64,000 nucleotides of DNA from Dicyema japonicum. Its lineage: Eukaryota > Animalia > Dicyemida. This document shows, in pieces, positions 39,005-50,649 of the stretch. Numbering within the stretch: position 1 is the stretch's first letter; each line of letters opens with the position of its first letter. The position numbers and the translations under genes are program-made. Location: NCBI GenBank assembly GCA_011109175.1, contig RDEW01000018.1:184838-248837 (forward strand). The letters run 5' to 3'. The notes below the pieces were generated by a model. It worked only from the letters and a program-made list of their open reading frames with translations. It did no database searches and was not told the origin of the DNA.

Positions 39005-40159
39005 AGGACTATATTTATGTTTTTTTCAGTTTAAGAGTGTAAAATTTATGAAGAAAATCAGAAATAATACAAATTCCATACAACAAAGCAGCCAAACCGC
39101 ATGCATTCACAGGGAACATGCTTTTTCTTGGAAAACGAAATTATAATAAAAATTATGTAGCGAAAGTAAAAAAAGTTGAAGATCGCTAATAAATTCGTTT
39201 CAAGGGAAACTTGTTTAACAACAGAACTGAGACCATCTGAGGCGATCTCTTCTCTTTCTGTTCTCTCTTGGAGTGTCAATTACGAAAAAGGATTTATTTG
39301 TTCTCCCCCATTCTTTTAGAGACCTGCTAGGCGTTGTAAAAGGGTGGTCCTGAACAACTTCCCCCAGAATCCTCAGATGAATTTATTTTGACTTATTAAT
39401 TCTCTCCCAAACCAAAAGTCCATGTCTGTGATTACGAAATCTAGTCCTACACTGGTAGCACGTACCCCATACAAAAACTGATTCTGTCAACCCTAAGGAT
39501 TTAAGACAGATCACATGGCTTTTACATACTTGTCACTAATGTATTAATGTGCTGAAGTGTTAGACCTCATTTCAGACTGTTAGCTGTGATTAAAAGGCAA
39601 TGCCAAGGGGACAACGAACGGGCTCTTTTAAACAAGTGGGTTAACTGATAACAATTCCCGCTTCTGTGTTTGAATTGACGCCCAAATGGCATTCGATTCA
39701 GTTGACTAAGACTTTTTTGAAAAAATACTGATGAACTCTGGGCTCCTATTACTCCCAAAGATATTAATAGGTTCCTAAAAACTTCAGGGTTGGGGAAAAT
39801 AATGCACAATAGTTTATTCTATCAAACGAGGGAGTCAGCTTGATTGACTTGACAGTTAGATCACTCCTATTATGGAAAAACAAACAAGTAAGTCTGAAGA
39901 TTGATAAAAAACCTAAAAATCCACCTCTGTGCAAAGAAAGACTGTATTTGTCGAGGGGTAATAAATATGATCCATTGCCTGGTAGCCAAGACACGAGGTC
40001 AAAGTGAGGATATTTTTATCGTTAAACCTTGTGATGACTTAGTATTCCATTCTAAAGAAGTACTTTGCAAAGTTTTAAAAAATTGTTAAAACAAAATATA
40101 CGTCATACAGCGGCGTGACTATTCGCTCAAAAGATGGCGAGCGAGATTCATTCAAATAA

Positions 40160-40435
40160 CCGCGTGGCCCATGTGGTGCTTCGTGGCTAATTAGTGAAGT
40201 TTCTGTTTGTTCGTCTGTTCCTCCTTTCTCTTTCTATTAGAGTGGAGTCATGTGATCCACCTGTCTAGGTGGCGCCCAGTGCCAGGCCGGCACGAAAAAG
40301 GATCATTGCTCTCCCCCACTCCATTGGAGGGGTTTCCACAACTGCAAGTATGGACGTCTTACCCTTTATGTTGATTCCGGATGGACTCTGTTTTTGTAGA
40401 AGTGGAAACTGGATACACTTAATTAGTTGTTTATT
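40160..40435 (+). mobile_element. SINE-like family A, longest copy
   Basis: Head ccgcgtggccccatgtggtgc, CT-rich linker, junction core 40250-40306, tail gtggaaactggatacacttaattag; high identity to 50135-50292 (inverted). Confidence 0.85.
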
Positions 40436-41273
40436 TACCACGTGCGGTTTCGTCACTTTAGGCAATATCCGCCATAATCAGACTGATTCGGCCATAATCA
40501 TTTCACTAAAAACACAGAAAAACAGAAAAAGCTTTAAAGAAATGTCAAAACTGAATGGTCTTCTATGCCAGCCAATTTCCCCTAAAGAAATAAATGTCGC
40601 AATTCGGAGTTGTAAAAATACACACTTGGATATTCTATACCAATCAGAATATTTAAAGAAGCAGATCAATCTTAATCGATTGCACTGGCATTATATACAA
40701 TTCGTGGATTGTTGGCCATGTCCCATCGAACTGGAAACAATTTCCTCGCTGATAACTAGGGCGATTTTTATTTTGACTTTATAAATCGGAAATTTTGACC
40801 TAAAAATTGACTTTATGATAAATTTATCTACAAAAAAATTTTTTTAATATAAAAAAAACTAATCAAATCTTTATTAAATAGGAATATGTTGTTTTTCCCA
40901 CTTTTGTGATAGAAAGCACTTGATTGACTATTAATCTTGATTCCAGTACTTCCCGATACCACATAAATCGTCCCCGAAATGCAATTTCTGAATGTGTTCA
41001 AAGGCGTCTTCACGATCTATCGCAAAATTATCTGAACGATAACCAAAGAGTTATATTTTTTTAACAACAGACTTAATCTTTTCAATGTCATTCTTGATTG
41101 AACGCGGCATCACATTGAATGATGATAATTGATCCCACGCTAGTATTTTATTTAAAAACTCTAAAAATTAAACAATAAAAATTAAAAATCAATAAAATTT
41201 TTGACTTTATTGACTTTTTTTGACTTTATAACTTTTGATTTATATAATATTTTTGATTAAAAACTACATTTTA

Positions 41274-42987
41274 CAGGGTTTTCCTATTTATTTAATAACT
41301 TTGTCATAAAATTTAATAACTTTGTCAAAATATTCAATAACTTTGTCATAAAATTTAATAACTTTGTCAAAAAATTTAATAATTTTGTCAAAATGTTTAA
41401 TAATTCGTCAAAATACTTAATAACTTTGTCAAAATTTTTAATAACTTTGTAAAATATTTATGGGATTATTATTTATATTTTTGGGATTACTATTTATATT
41501 TATTAGATCATTATTTATATTTATTGGATCATTATTTATATTTATTAGATCATTATTTATATTTATTAGATCATTATTTATATTTATTAGATCATTATTT
41601 ATATTTGATCATTATTTATATTTATTGATCATTATTTATAGATTATTATTTATTGGATTATTAAGTTCCTATAAATACAAATTTTAGCGCAAAATGAATT
41701 AAATGAATAGTTACAAAAACAAAAATACTACTGTATCCGAGGATAACCGAAAACTTATTATAAATAAATATGAAGCAGGGTTGGCTTATTCAAAAATAAG
41801 CGAAGACATCTGTATTAACTATCAGACAGTTGTTTCTATCGTCAAAAAATACAAAAATACAGGAAGTTTTGCTTCAACAAAAAATAATTGTGGACGAAAA
41901 AAAAACTTAATTCATCGGACATCTTATTTTTGACTAAAAAAATTGAAGAAGATGCTTCATTTACTCTAAAGAATTTAAAAAATTCTTTATTTTGATGTGC
42001 AAAGAAAAAATGTCTCTCTATCGACAATAAATAGGACGCTAGATACATTTGGATATAGTTTTAAAAAGATTCAATTTGTACCTATGGCGAGAAATTCTAC
42101 AATAAATATGGAAGAAAGATATAGATTTGCCAGAAAAATAATTGAAATTGATAATCAACGGCTTATTTTTATAGACGAAATGGGTGTCAATTATTCGATG
42201 AGATCCAAATTTGGAAGATCTATAAAAGAAGTTACTCCGAAAAAATGTATTAGAAACATAGGAGAGAAAAATTTTTCTATTTGTGCTGCTATTTCTGTGG
42301 ACGGCCTTTTACATTACGAAATCAATTCCTCCCCTTATCGCGCAGAGACGTTCATTGATTTTGTAATACAGCTTAATTATAAGCTTGAACATGCAGGGAA
42401 AAAAAGTATGGTTATATATTATATTCAAGACATGGTATTGATATGTGACAATGCATCAATTCACAAGAGCGAGCAATTAAAAAATGTTGTATTCGGAACT
42501 AAAATCCAATTAATTTTTAACGTGTATAGGGTATGAATTGTATTTTTTGCCTCCTTATACTCTTCAACTCAATCCAATTGAAGAGTTTTTTTCTGTTTGG
42601 AAAAATAACATCAAAAAGAAAAATTGTAGGAACTCTGAGGAATTAATAAACGCAATCCAAAACATCGGAGAAATTCCATCAGATGTGTGCAATAATTTGT
42701 ATAGCCACATGCGGAGCTATTTAGTTAAAGCATTGGCTTATGAAGAATTTTAATTTATAGTTGTTTTTTTCAATTAATTATAAAATTGGTTTCTTTTAAT
42801 TTGACCCTTGACAAAGTTATTAAACATTTTGACAAAGTTATTAAGTATTTTGACGAATTATTAAACATTTTGACAAAGTTATTAAATATTTTGACAAAAT
42901 TATTAAATTTTATGACAAAGTTATTAAATTTTTTGACAAAGTTATTAAATTTTATGACAAAGTTATTAAATAAATAGGAAAACCCTG
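41274..42987 (+). mobile_element. Tc1/IS630-type DNA transposon, TA-flanked, with TIRs built from 21-bp repeats
   Basis: TA|CAGGGTTTTCCTATTTATTTAATAACTTTGTC at 41272 and the exact inverse ending CCCTG|TA at 42989; arrays 41274-41460 and 42800-42987; a second 21-bp array (attagatcattatttatattt) at 41461-41660. Confidence 0.92.
41703..42753 (+). pseudogene. Tc1/IS630-like DDE transposase with frameshifts and a probable 24-nt intron
   Basis: HTH N-terminus (RKLIINKYEAG..YSKISE...YQTVVSIVKKY); catalytic FIDEMG, CDNASIH and LPPY..QLNPIEEFFS; frame breaks near 41915, 41990 and 42530. Confidence 0.88.
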
Positions 42988-43059
42988 TATAAGTTTTAAA
43001 CAATTATAAAAAAACATATCATTTTTTGACTTTATTGACAAAAATCGCCCTACTGATGA

Positions 43060-43700
43060 CCAATGGAGATTCCGTCAGAATAAGGGAACAGGGGACTGTC
43101 TCATGGAACTGAGAAAACCGATTTAAAATTCTGCACATAAAAATGAATTCTTTACCGCAGTATGCCTGAATATATATAAGGCATTCGACAGTTTTTGACA
43201 CCTTGGACTAGTTGATAGCCTGTCAAAGGCAAACATTGAGAAAACGGCACGTTTGTAGATAGAAAACTTTCTTTCAGAAAAAGTGTCTTACATACGTGTC
43301 GGAGATCTTACTTTCAAAAAGATGGAGCTAAGAATGGGAGTTCTAAGAGGTTCTATTCTTAGCCCACTTCTCTTTAATTGTGTAATGCGTGAAGTGCCAA
43401 AACAGACAACACTAATAGCCGGATGCTTATTTATGCTGACAACATACTTGTCCTCGACTCACACCAAACAAGCAAATGTCATGGAAGACGGTAGAAACTC
43501 AGATTTCAAGAATTGTAACCTGCTGCAAAGACATGGATTAAATCTATCGAGGGAAGAATGCACTGTCAGCTGGATAGCTAAAAACAGAATGTGAATATAG
43601 GAAAAAATTCGCTCTCGAAAAAATTGAAATATCTTGAAATGTCCGTTGATAGAAGATGATCCTTCAAAGATCATGTCGAAACAGGAAGAACGAAACCGAC
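43060..43700 (+). mobile_element. LINE RT fragment (continuation of the fragment at 40520-40750)
   Basis: QWRFRQNKG; GVLRGSILSPLLFNCVM; YAD-like motif. Confidence 0.7.
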
Positions 43701-43889
43701 GGAGATGCTTACTTCGATTTCATCTGAATCCGGAAACCTTCCTTTATATATTTTCTGTATGTGGAGACGTGTGATGTAATTTGGGGTTTCCTAGAAGACA
43801 CAGGGTGTCTCATTGAACTGACCCCACTCAGAAAATACAGACCCTCTTGATTAGTTTTTCGGCTCTCTTTTGGATCTTCTGGTTCTAAC

Positions 43890-44700
43890 TTTTTTTTTTT
43901 GAATAGTCAAATTTTATTAAACAATAGAAGTCAGGTAGTTGCCGCCCTCACTGCGTGGCTGTTCCCTCTCAAAATTGCGAGCGAAATTCGCTCAAATAGC
44001 CAGCGGCGTTCACGGAGATCTCCAGTGCATGAGGTGATCCGGTTTCCAAGACGTCCGAAAAACTTGAGTGTAGAGGGGGAGTAGGATCCGGAAGTCTCCA
44101 TAGCAAGGGGAACAAATTTGACATCATCGGGAAGGTCGACGTATTTAACGAGTTTGGCCTTCTCCGCCTTTACGGATGCTGAACAGGCCCTTGTAGCACT
44201 CTCGTGAAGATTTTTCTGGGCGAACGTGTCTGTACATGTCACATCCCAAACCAGTGGTTTCCCGGCCTCAAATGAAAATATGGTCATCCCGTCCGGTCGT
44301 TTCCCGTCACTTCTGCATAACCCGACCGGTTCAAGAATGGCCGAGTATCCAGCAGCATCCAAAGCTCGCCTGACAATTTCATTCAGAGCCTTGTGCCTTG
44401 GGGATCTTCCAGCGCTCCTCCTGCAGGCGAGAGGGTGCAGGCCATATCAGTCTATCAGGATGAGAATGGTTCTAACTATAATTGGTCTTGGGTTTGTCGA
44501 TAAATAAAACGCAGGGATCAAGATTGCCCTGTGCGAAAGACTCGACGAGAATTTAGATGAAGATGAAAATTTGTTAGTAATGTCGATCAGAGATGCAGCA
44601 GAGAAAAAGATGGTAAACTTCCTAAAAAGAGATGCCATCATTGACTCTTACGTTGCTGCACAGCATAAACGATAAGAGGGGTCTGAGAGCGCAGAGGAGA
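43890..44700 (-). mobile_element. CRE-like retrotransposon 3' end with intact RLE domain, AATAAA and poly(A)
   Basis: LEPVGLCRSDGKRPDGMT...GKPLVWDVTCTDT...K..KY...FVPLAMETSG...ERISLAILRGN; then aataaa and A10 at about 43890-43925 (minus strand). Confidence 0.92.
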
Positions 44701-44999
44701 GTCAAAGCTAGTGAGAAGCCAATTAATACCCTCTTTAATTTCCTTTGTTAATAAAAGTTGTTAAAGTAAAGAGTTTGTTAATGATTTCGAGTGTGGACTG
44801 GCCTTTATACCCGGACAGTAACTCATCCAACCAACTATGGATTCGGAATCGCCGTTGAGATATTAACCCTTCGAGTCAAAAAAACTAAGAAATTTAAAAG
44901 TCGGTTGTTTGAAGTCACTGGAGAACGAAATACAAAAACGGTGCGAAGATGTTCAGGACAATACGACCACTAAACAGAGACAGTTTCCCCCAAGGGAAT

Positions 45000-45545
45000 T
45001 TCGATCATCTCCCAAGAAAGGTGAATGCTCATGAGTGCGAGAAAATGACCATTGAGCCTCAACTCTTCAAAGGATTGCTTAACATCCCTGAACTTAGCAC
45101 CAATGTGAATTGAGGGTTACCTCACCACGTTTTATTAGAGATAACTTACAGAAATTTGGCAAGGGTAGTTTGACCAATTATTCTGCTATCACAAACAAGG
45201 CTAGTGAAAAGAAGAGTGGAGTTCTCGGTGGGAAGTCGACGGATCACCTTAATACCCATATTCCAATCAATTCTAAAACAGTTCTATGCGATGGCCTAAC
45301 AATCCCCTCTATCTCCCTTACAGGGGACACGCGGGTAAATCATCTTCAATGTGGACACTACTCCTTTCTTCCGATATACGTAAACCAGAAGATGTAAAAG
45401 ATGTCTTCTGCTTCTTTTGAACCTTAACTATTACGGTGTTCTTCTACCATGCCAAATCTGACCGATCCATAAGAGTGACCGGGATTTGCTGCGTCCTAAT
45501 AGCCGTTGGTCTCCTACAAGTTAGTGAGGCCCGGGTTACTTAACT
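45000..45545 (+). mobile_element. LINE C-terminal remnant and 3' UTR hairpin
   Basis: NHLQCGHYSFL motif; 45455-45545 is homologous to 25965-26050. Confidence 0.65.
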
Positions 45546-45559
45546 CGAATTCTCCGATA

Positions 45560-45960
45560 TATCCCCATTTTTTCTTCTTTTGGTACAACACTGAAAATGA
45601 CGAATCATCTGGCAAAACAATTGACTCTTCTGGTTCCTCTTCGGAATTTTCTTCGAATTCAGAGCCTTGTAACTTCATCTCCCTAATTCTCAATTTTCAC
45701 CCCTCTTCGACAAACACGTTTAATCGTCGCAGACTGAATGTATGCTCTTAAGACTTCGTTAGCCTTTCAGTTAGAGCTTATGGTAAATTGTTACTACTCC
45801 ATCCCAAGTCAAGACAATAGGGAACATCGTAACCGTCGTCTTGGAGATCTGAGAGTTCTTCTGAAGGTATTCAATTTTGTGCAGTTTGTCCACTTCAACC
45901 TTAACATTCCTTGAACAAAGGCCACATCATTCCTTGTTAACACAAATATCTTGTGTCTCG
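45560..45960 (-). mobile_element. R4/Dong-like RLE retrotransposon 3' fragment
   Basis: PIVLTWDGVVTIYHK....RAYIQS motif, also found at 56535-56800. Confidence 0.6.
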
Positions 45961-46539
45961 CTTGAATATCTGTTTGCAGCGTCGTATTGGATACAATCGA
46001 CTGGACTGTGTTTGTATTTATTCTTTTAGTCTGTTTGATTACAAAGACAAAAATGTAGTATACATCTTACAACTTTTTTATGTCGTCGCATATAAGGGCA
46101 GTTGAGCATCCTGTTAAACCATGCAGCCAAATTATCAACGCCCTTTGTAGTCGTAACACAATAATTTGATTTCATCTCTTCAAAAAATGGCGCCGATCTT
46201 GGACCATGCAATACATTGCTTCGAACCTTGGAATCTTGTTTCTATTGGTTAATCATTATGTAGAGCAGAGGTTTTCAGAAAATAATTCTCGCAGCACATT
46301 AATATTACAAAAATATTCCACGACACACATTAAAAAATAAAAAAGTAATTTTTTGGGATACGTAAAAGTGAGGACAAAAATTGGTAATTAAATGGGCAAA
46401 TTATTAATATAAAACAACAATAAATTAGAGAAAGCGGCGACAATTGGTAATTGAATCATGATTCACTAAAAAATATAAATTAAAAAAATGAAATACACTT
46501 AATTATTATTTCTGCAGATATCATCAATATTTGGTCTCC

Positions 46540-47340
46540 CAGATGTATCCTTCCAACATGGATTTAAGAAGGCTTGTTCCACAACTACCCACCTTACTTG
46601 CTTGACAAAATTCATCAAGGAAGGCCTTCAACGCAAACCTCGGCATCAAAGACCATTATGTGTTCCATTGACATACAGAAGGTTTTTGACTCGACACCGA
46701 GGAAACTGCTCACTAGGAAGATTCATCGCTCTAACTTTCCGAACAACCTAAAAATTTGGCTCGCTAACTTCCTCAAAGGAACGAAGAGGAAGAGTAATTT
46801 CCCATTCCACATCTTCAGTCACTAAATTTCTACTGAATGGGGTCCCGCAAAGATCCCCCTCTATTCAACCTATTCATGAGCGACTTGCCTTCCTACAGCT
46901 GCGACGATACCCTATTCCTTGCTTACGCCGCCGACCTAAACCTAAGAACAAGTGAACAGTGCATCCACACAGCTAGCACCCGTTTACAAGATTCATTGGA
47001 TAACCTAAACTGCTGGCTTGCGAGGAACCAACTACACACAAGTCCTGTAAAGTCGTGCTCTATGATCTTTACTTCCAATAGAAGATTGACTAACTTGGCG
47101 CCTTCATTGACCTTAAATACGATAACAATCCCTTCCACAAATTCAACCAAAATACTGGTGGTCACATATGACCCACTAATGACCTTCAGCAAACATGTGA
47201 GCAACATAATCTTTTCCTCAGCAAAAATTAAACTTTGTAAAAACGCTAGATCATCTCTACTAGCAACATATACTTCCGTCAATCAGCTACTTGGGGTTCT
47301 AACATATCCTACACCAACCTAAAGAAAATAAATTCCTTCC
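46540..47340 (+). mobile_element. LINE RT fragment
   Basis: SIDIQKVFDSTPRKLLTRKI..NLKIWLANFLKG; PPLFNLFMSDLP; AYAADL; ILVVTYDPLMTFSKHV. Confidence 0.85.
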
Positions 47341-47699
47341 AAAAGGCAGTAACAAAGACCCTACAAAGATCATCCTCGATATTAAAACCAACCCCGTTCG
47401 AGGAACTCGTGAGGAATATGGGAGCTCTGCCAAAACCTCTAAATTTCCAAAAAGTCATTCGTCCACACCGGAAATGTGTCGGCACTCGGGAGGAACACCG
47501 AGAAAAAATGAAGCTGCTCAAGAAGGCCGGGATCACCTACTCTCCTTTGTTTTGTCGGTGATTTATGGTTCTAAAATAAATAAATCTGGTCGAATGGTTG
47601 ACAACGCCACTCGCTTTTCTGCATCAATATTTTTTAAATTTCGTATTTCATATTATGCAGCAAAGAAAAATTAATTTTAAGGATCGATTACTAAACAGT

Positions 47700-48060
47700 T
47701 CAAATTGTTCTTTATTTTCTTTGACATACAAAGTGTTCTGATTGTGACATAAGAAAAGATTATCAAGTTTTCGGCAATGGTATGAGGTTTCAGTTCTTTT
47801 GCTATCAATTCAGAAATCAGATATGAACATCTCAATGATTCCGTTGAGCTTACAAAAGTATCACTAACAACATTTGACTAGAATTACAATACATAATAAA
47901 AACTAAATAATGCTTGTGTTGTTTTTTTAAATGCATAAAATAATCCACAGATTTTTTGGAATAGTCCGGATGCTTGGAAGTAAAATGTCTATTTAGTTTG
48001 CTAGGAACCATTCATTCAAATTTGTATTTGGCTGACGGTACACCGTTGACAATCTCTGCT
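47700..48060 (-). mobile_element. hAT (Buster/Charlie-like) transposase N-terminal remnant
   Basis: MVPSKLNRHFTSKHP..SKKSVDYF and SYLISELIAKELKPHTIAENLI. Confidence 0.75.
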
Positions 48061-48269
48061 GTAGAGTCATTTGCATCTCGATCAAAAAGATTAAATAAAT
48101 AGTTATAAAATCGAAAAGTCAAATTTTATTAAAATTATTTTTTAGGTCAATAAAGTCAATTTTTTTATTTTCGGCGACTTCCTATGAAATTGACAATAAT
48201 TTGCTTTAACATAAAAAAACTTTTATTGAGTCGTTTATTTACGAAATATTATTCAATAAAAATTAAAGA

Positions 48270-48460
48270 AAAGAGAGTAAACGATATAGCGGCTTCCTGA
48301 CTGCGTGGCTATTCCCTCTCAGGATAGCGAGCGAGATTCGCTCAAATACCCAGCAGCGCTCATGAGGGTCTCCTGTTCGTGTAGCGATCCGATTCCCTAG
48401 ACGACTCAAGAATTCCAGCGTCGCAGGCGCAAGGGAATAAGACGTCTCAACGGCGAGTGG
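48270..48460 (-). mobile_element. CRE-like 3' end fragment
   Basis: Close nucleotide similarity to 43940-44100 (ERISLAILRGNSHAVR). Confidence 0.8.
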
Positions 48461-48672
48461 AATATATCAAACGAATATGAAAGACATCTCTATTATTGTC
48501 ATATCAATATTCTCAAAGCATGCTGTTTCGTTCATGCTGAGTGATGGTTTCCCGAAGCCATTGATTTGACTCAAATGGGCAGGAGTGACCTCATTAAAGA
48601 ACTTAGTTCGATAAAATAATATAATGTCGTACTAATTATCACAAATAAAGACAAATTAATAAACTATATTAT

Positions 48673-50131
48673 TTAGGTCCTCTGACCCCTTTCCACGGAA
48701 CGACGATACCTAAACGCTAAAGATCATGAATTTACATTAATGTGAAAGAAACGGAAAGTAAAAGACTTGCTATAACGAAAAATATGAGACCCGGGAAAGT
48801 CGTTAAGGTTGATCTGTACACTTGGAGACCAAGTGTATTCCCTAAGACACCGGATAAACTCTGAAGTACCAAAATAACAGAGAAAAGTCTCCCTAAAATT
48901 TAAAATCAGGCAGAACCTTTTTCATCCGGATCCACAAGCTTGCCAGCATTGACATAAAAATGGGTGCGGGGATCGACCGGAAGGACAGAAAAAACATGGC
49001 TAATGAATATTAAAAAATCCTCACCAATGTAAATCATAATCTTATTTTTAGCGAATCCTGTAAAATAAGCCCAATTGAGTTAGAAAGAGTCAATATAATA
49101 CCGAAGAAAATATCACTGAGTCGGCGTCTCCCTGAATTGTTTTCCTTGAGAAGAAACTGGGAGCTCAAAATCCCAATAATCAGTCCTACGCTTGCTATGG
49201 ACACGACTATCCATATTCCTTATTCGACATCAAAAATGGGTCGGAGAGAAAATATAGGTAGGTCACGGAGGAATAAGCTACAATAAGTCGAAGGATTACA
49301 GGTGTATGTAACATAGGAAAGGAAGAAGCATAGCAGGTATAGTAAAAAAGGTTACGAGAATCTCTCTTTTTAAAAATAACCCCAAAAAGTTGTCTAAACA
49401 CGTTTAAATAAGAAAAAACGTAAAAATATTGCATTTTGGTTTGCTTTCTGGTATTCTCCAACAGAAGAAGATTTAGAAATATCAGGGATCAGAAACAAGC
49501 CGTAATAAGAGGAGGCAATGTATAACATAAGAGATATCAAAAAAGCCATATCCAGTTGTTTTAAATCAGCTAAATAACCCCCGTTGTTAGTAATTAAAAC
49601 TGTTAATAATATGACGACTTCTGCTATGACAAGACGACTGGATAAACGCTCGGGATTCACGGTGACACTTATGTAACTGAAACTCGTCTGATAGAGAACA
49701 ACCACACTCACTAAACAAAAGGAAACAATGGTAGACAAGTATATCGTCCAGAAATCGAAATTAAATCTGACAATGAACATCAAAAATAGACATCCGGACG
49801 AGGATCCAATAAGTGGGAAACACAGGGACCGTTTATATCGCCCTTTGTCGATTTGGACTCCTGAGAGAAATATGGCAATAATGGGAATGACAACCATGAG
49901 AGTACTGTTAATGGTTATAACATTATCTGAGAGTTTTTGAACGTTAAGGCGTTTGCTTTTCTGAATGGAAGTATTTGTCCTCTTGGATTGTAAAAAATCG
50001 CATTCCTTGTATAAATTATTACAGGATTTTTGATAAATCAATGCTTTTCTTGAAAATCCCTATAAGTTTGCAGCCAAAATGACCAAAAAAATTGGTTCAA
50101 TGTATGTAATTTTATCGAATATATAGGCCAT
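48673..50131 (-). CDS. MFS transporter of the SLC46 (PCFT/HCP1-like) family; disrupted reading frame in this assembly
   Basis: N-terminal IEPIFL; FSYISVTVNPERLSSRLVIAE; after removing 25-, 24- and 26-nt introns, MLASLVDPDEKGRLFSVILVLQSLSGVLG..VYRSTLTTFPGLIFFVIA. In-frame TAG at 50060-50062 and at least three single-base deletions; junctions at 49200-49460 are uncertain. Confidence 0.8.
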
Positions 50132-50134
50132 AGC

Positions 50135-50292
50135 AAATGATCCTTTTTCGTACCGGCCTGGCACTGGGCGCCACCTAGACAGTTGGATCACATGACGTCA
50201 CTCTAATAGGAAGAGAGAGGAGGAACAGACAAGCAAGCAGAAATCTTTAACCAATTAACCACGCAGCACCACATGGCGCCACGCGGCATTCC
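50135..50292 (-). mobile_element. SINE-like family A copy, ending a few bases upstream of the SLC46 ATG
   Basis: Reverse complement aligns with 40160-40310 over about 150 nt and stops at ggatcatttgctATG. Confidence 0.88.
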
Positions 50293-50649
50293 ACAGATCA
50301 CACTCTCCCATGAACCCACTACCCTCCTCATTAATTTTATTTTTAATTCGATTTTATACGATACTGAAAAAAATGTTGCGTGGCTCACCTACGATGTTGT
50401 GGCATTGCACAATTTATGTGAAAAAGATCCGCAAAATCCCTATCCCTTTCTCATTGAGACGTGGATGGTGTCGTGCATTACGATACTGACCCTAAGCTGC
50501 ATTAGGTGGTACATGGCTGGATTTCCGCGAGGTTACATCCTAGAAAAGTACCCCAATTATGCTCATGCTACAAATAACAGTTTGCTTTAATCTTTATCTT
50601 ATTTTTTTAATTGTTAAATTTATGGGGTCATGTAATTAATTATTGGAAA

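Larger units (their letters stand above)
40757..43052. mobile_element. Non-autonomous hAT element (13-bp TIR TAGGGCGATTTTT, 8-bp TSD) containing the Tc1-like element
   Basis: tagggcgattttt at 40757 and aaaaatcgcccta ending at 43052; flanks ctgataac (40749-40756) and ctgatgac (43053-43060); removing it rejoins a LINE RT frame (..ADNQWRFRQNKGT). Confidence 0.85.

Noticed and set aside
39060-40070. Possible membrane-protein gene on the minus strand
   Set aside because: Intron-like segments are present but frames could not be joined; no motif recognised.
40270-40280. TGGCGCCCA as a tRNA-Lys primer-binding site
   Set aside because: Only 9 nt match, not preceded by an LTR ending in CA, and it lies inside the SINE core.
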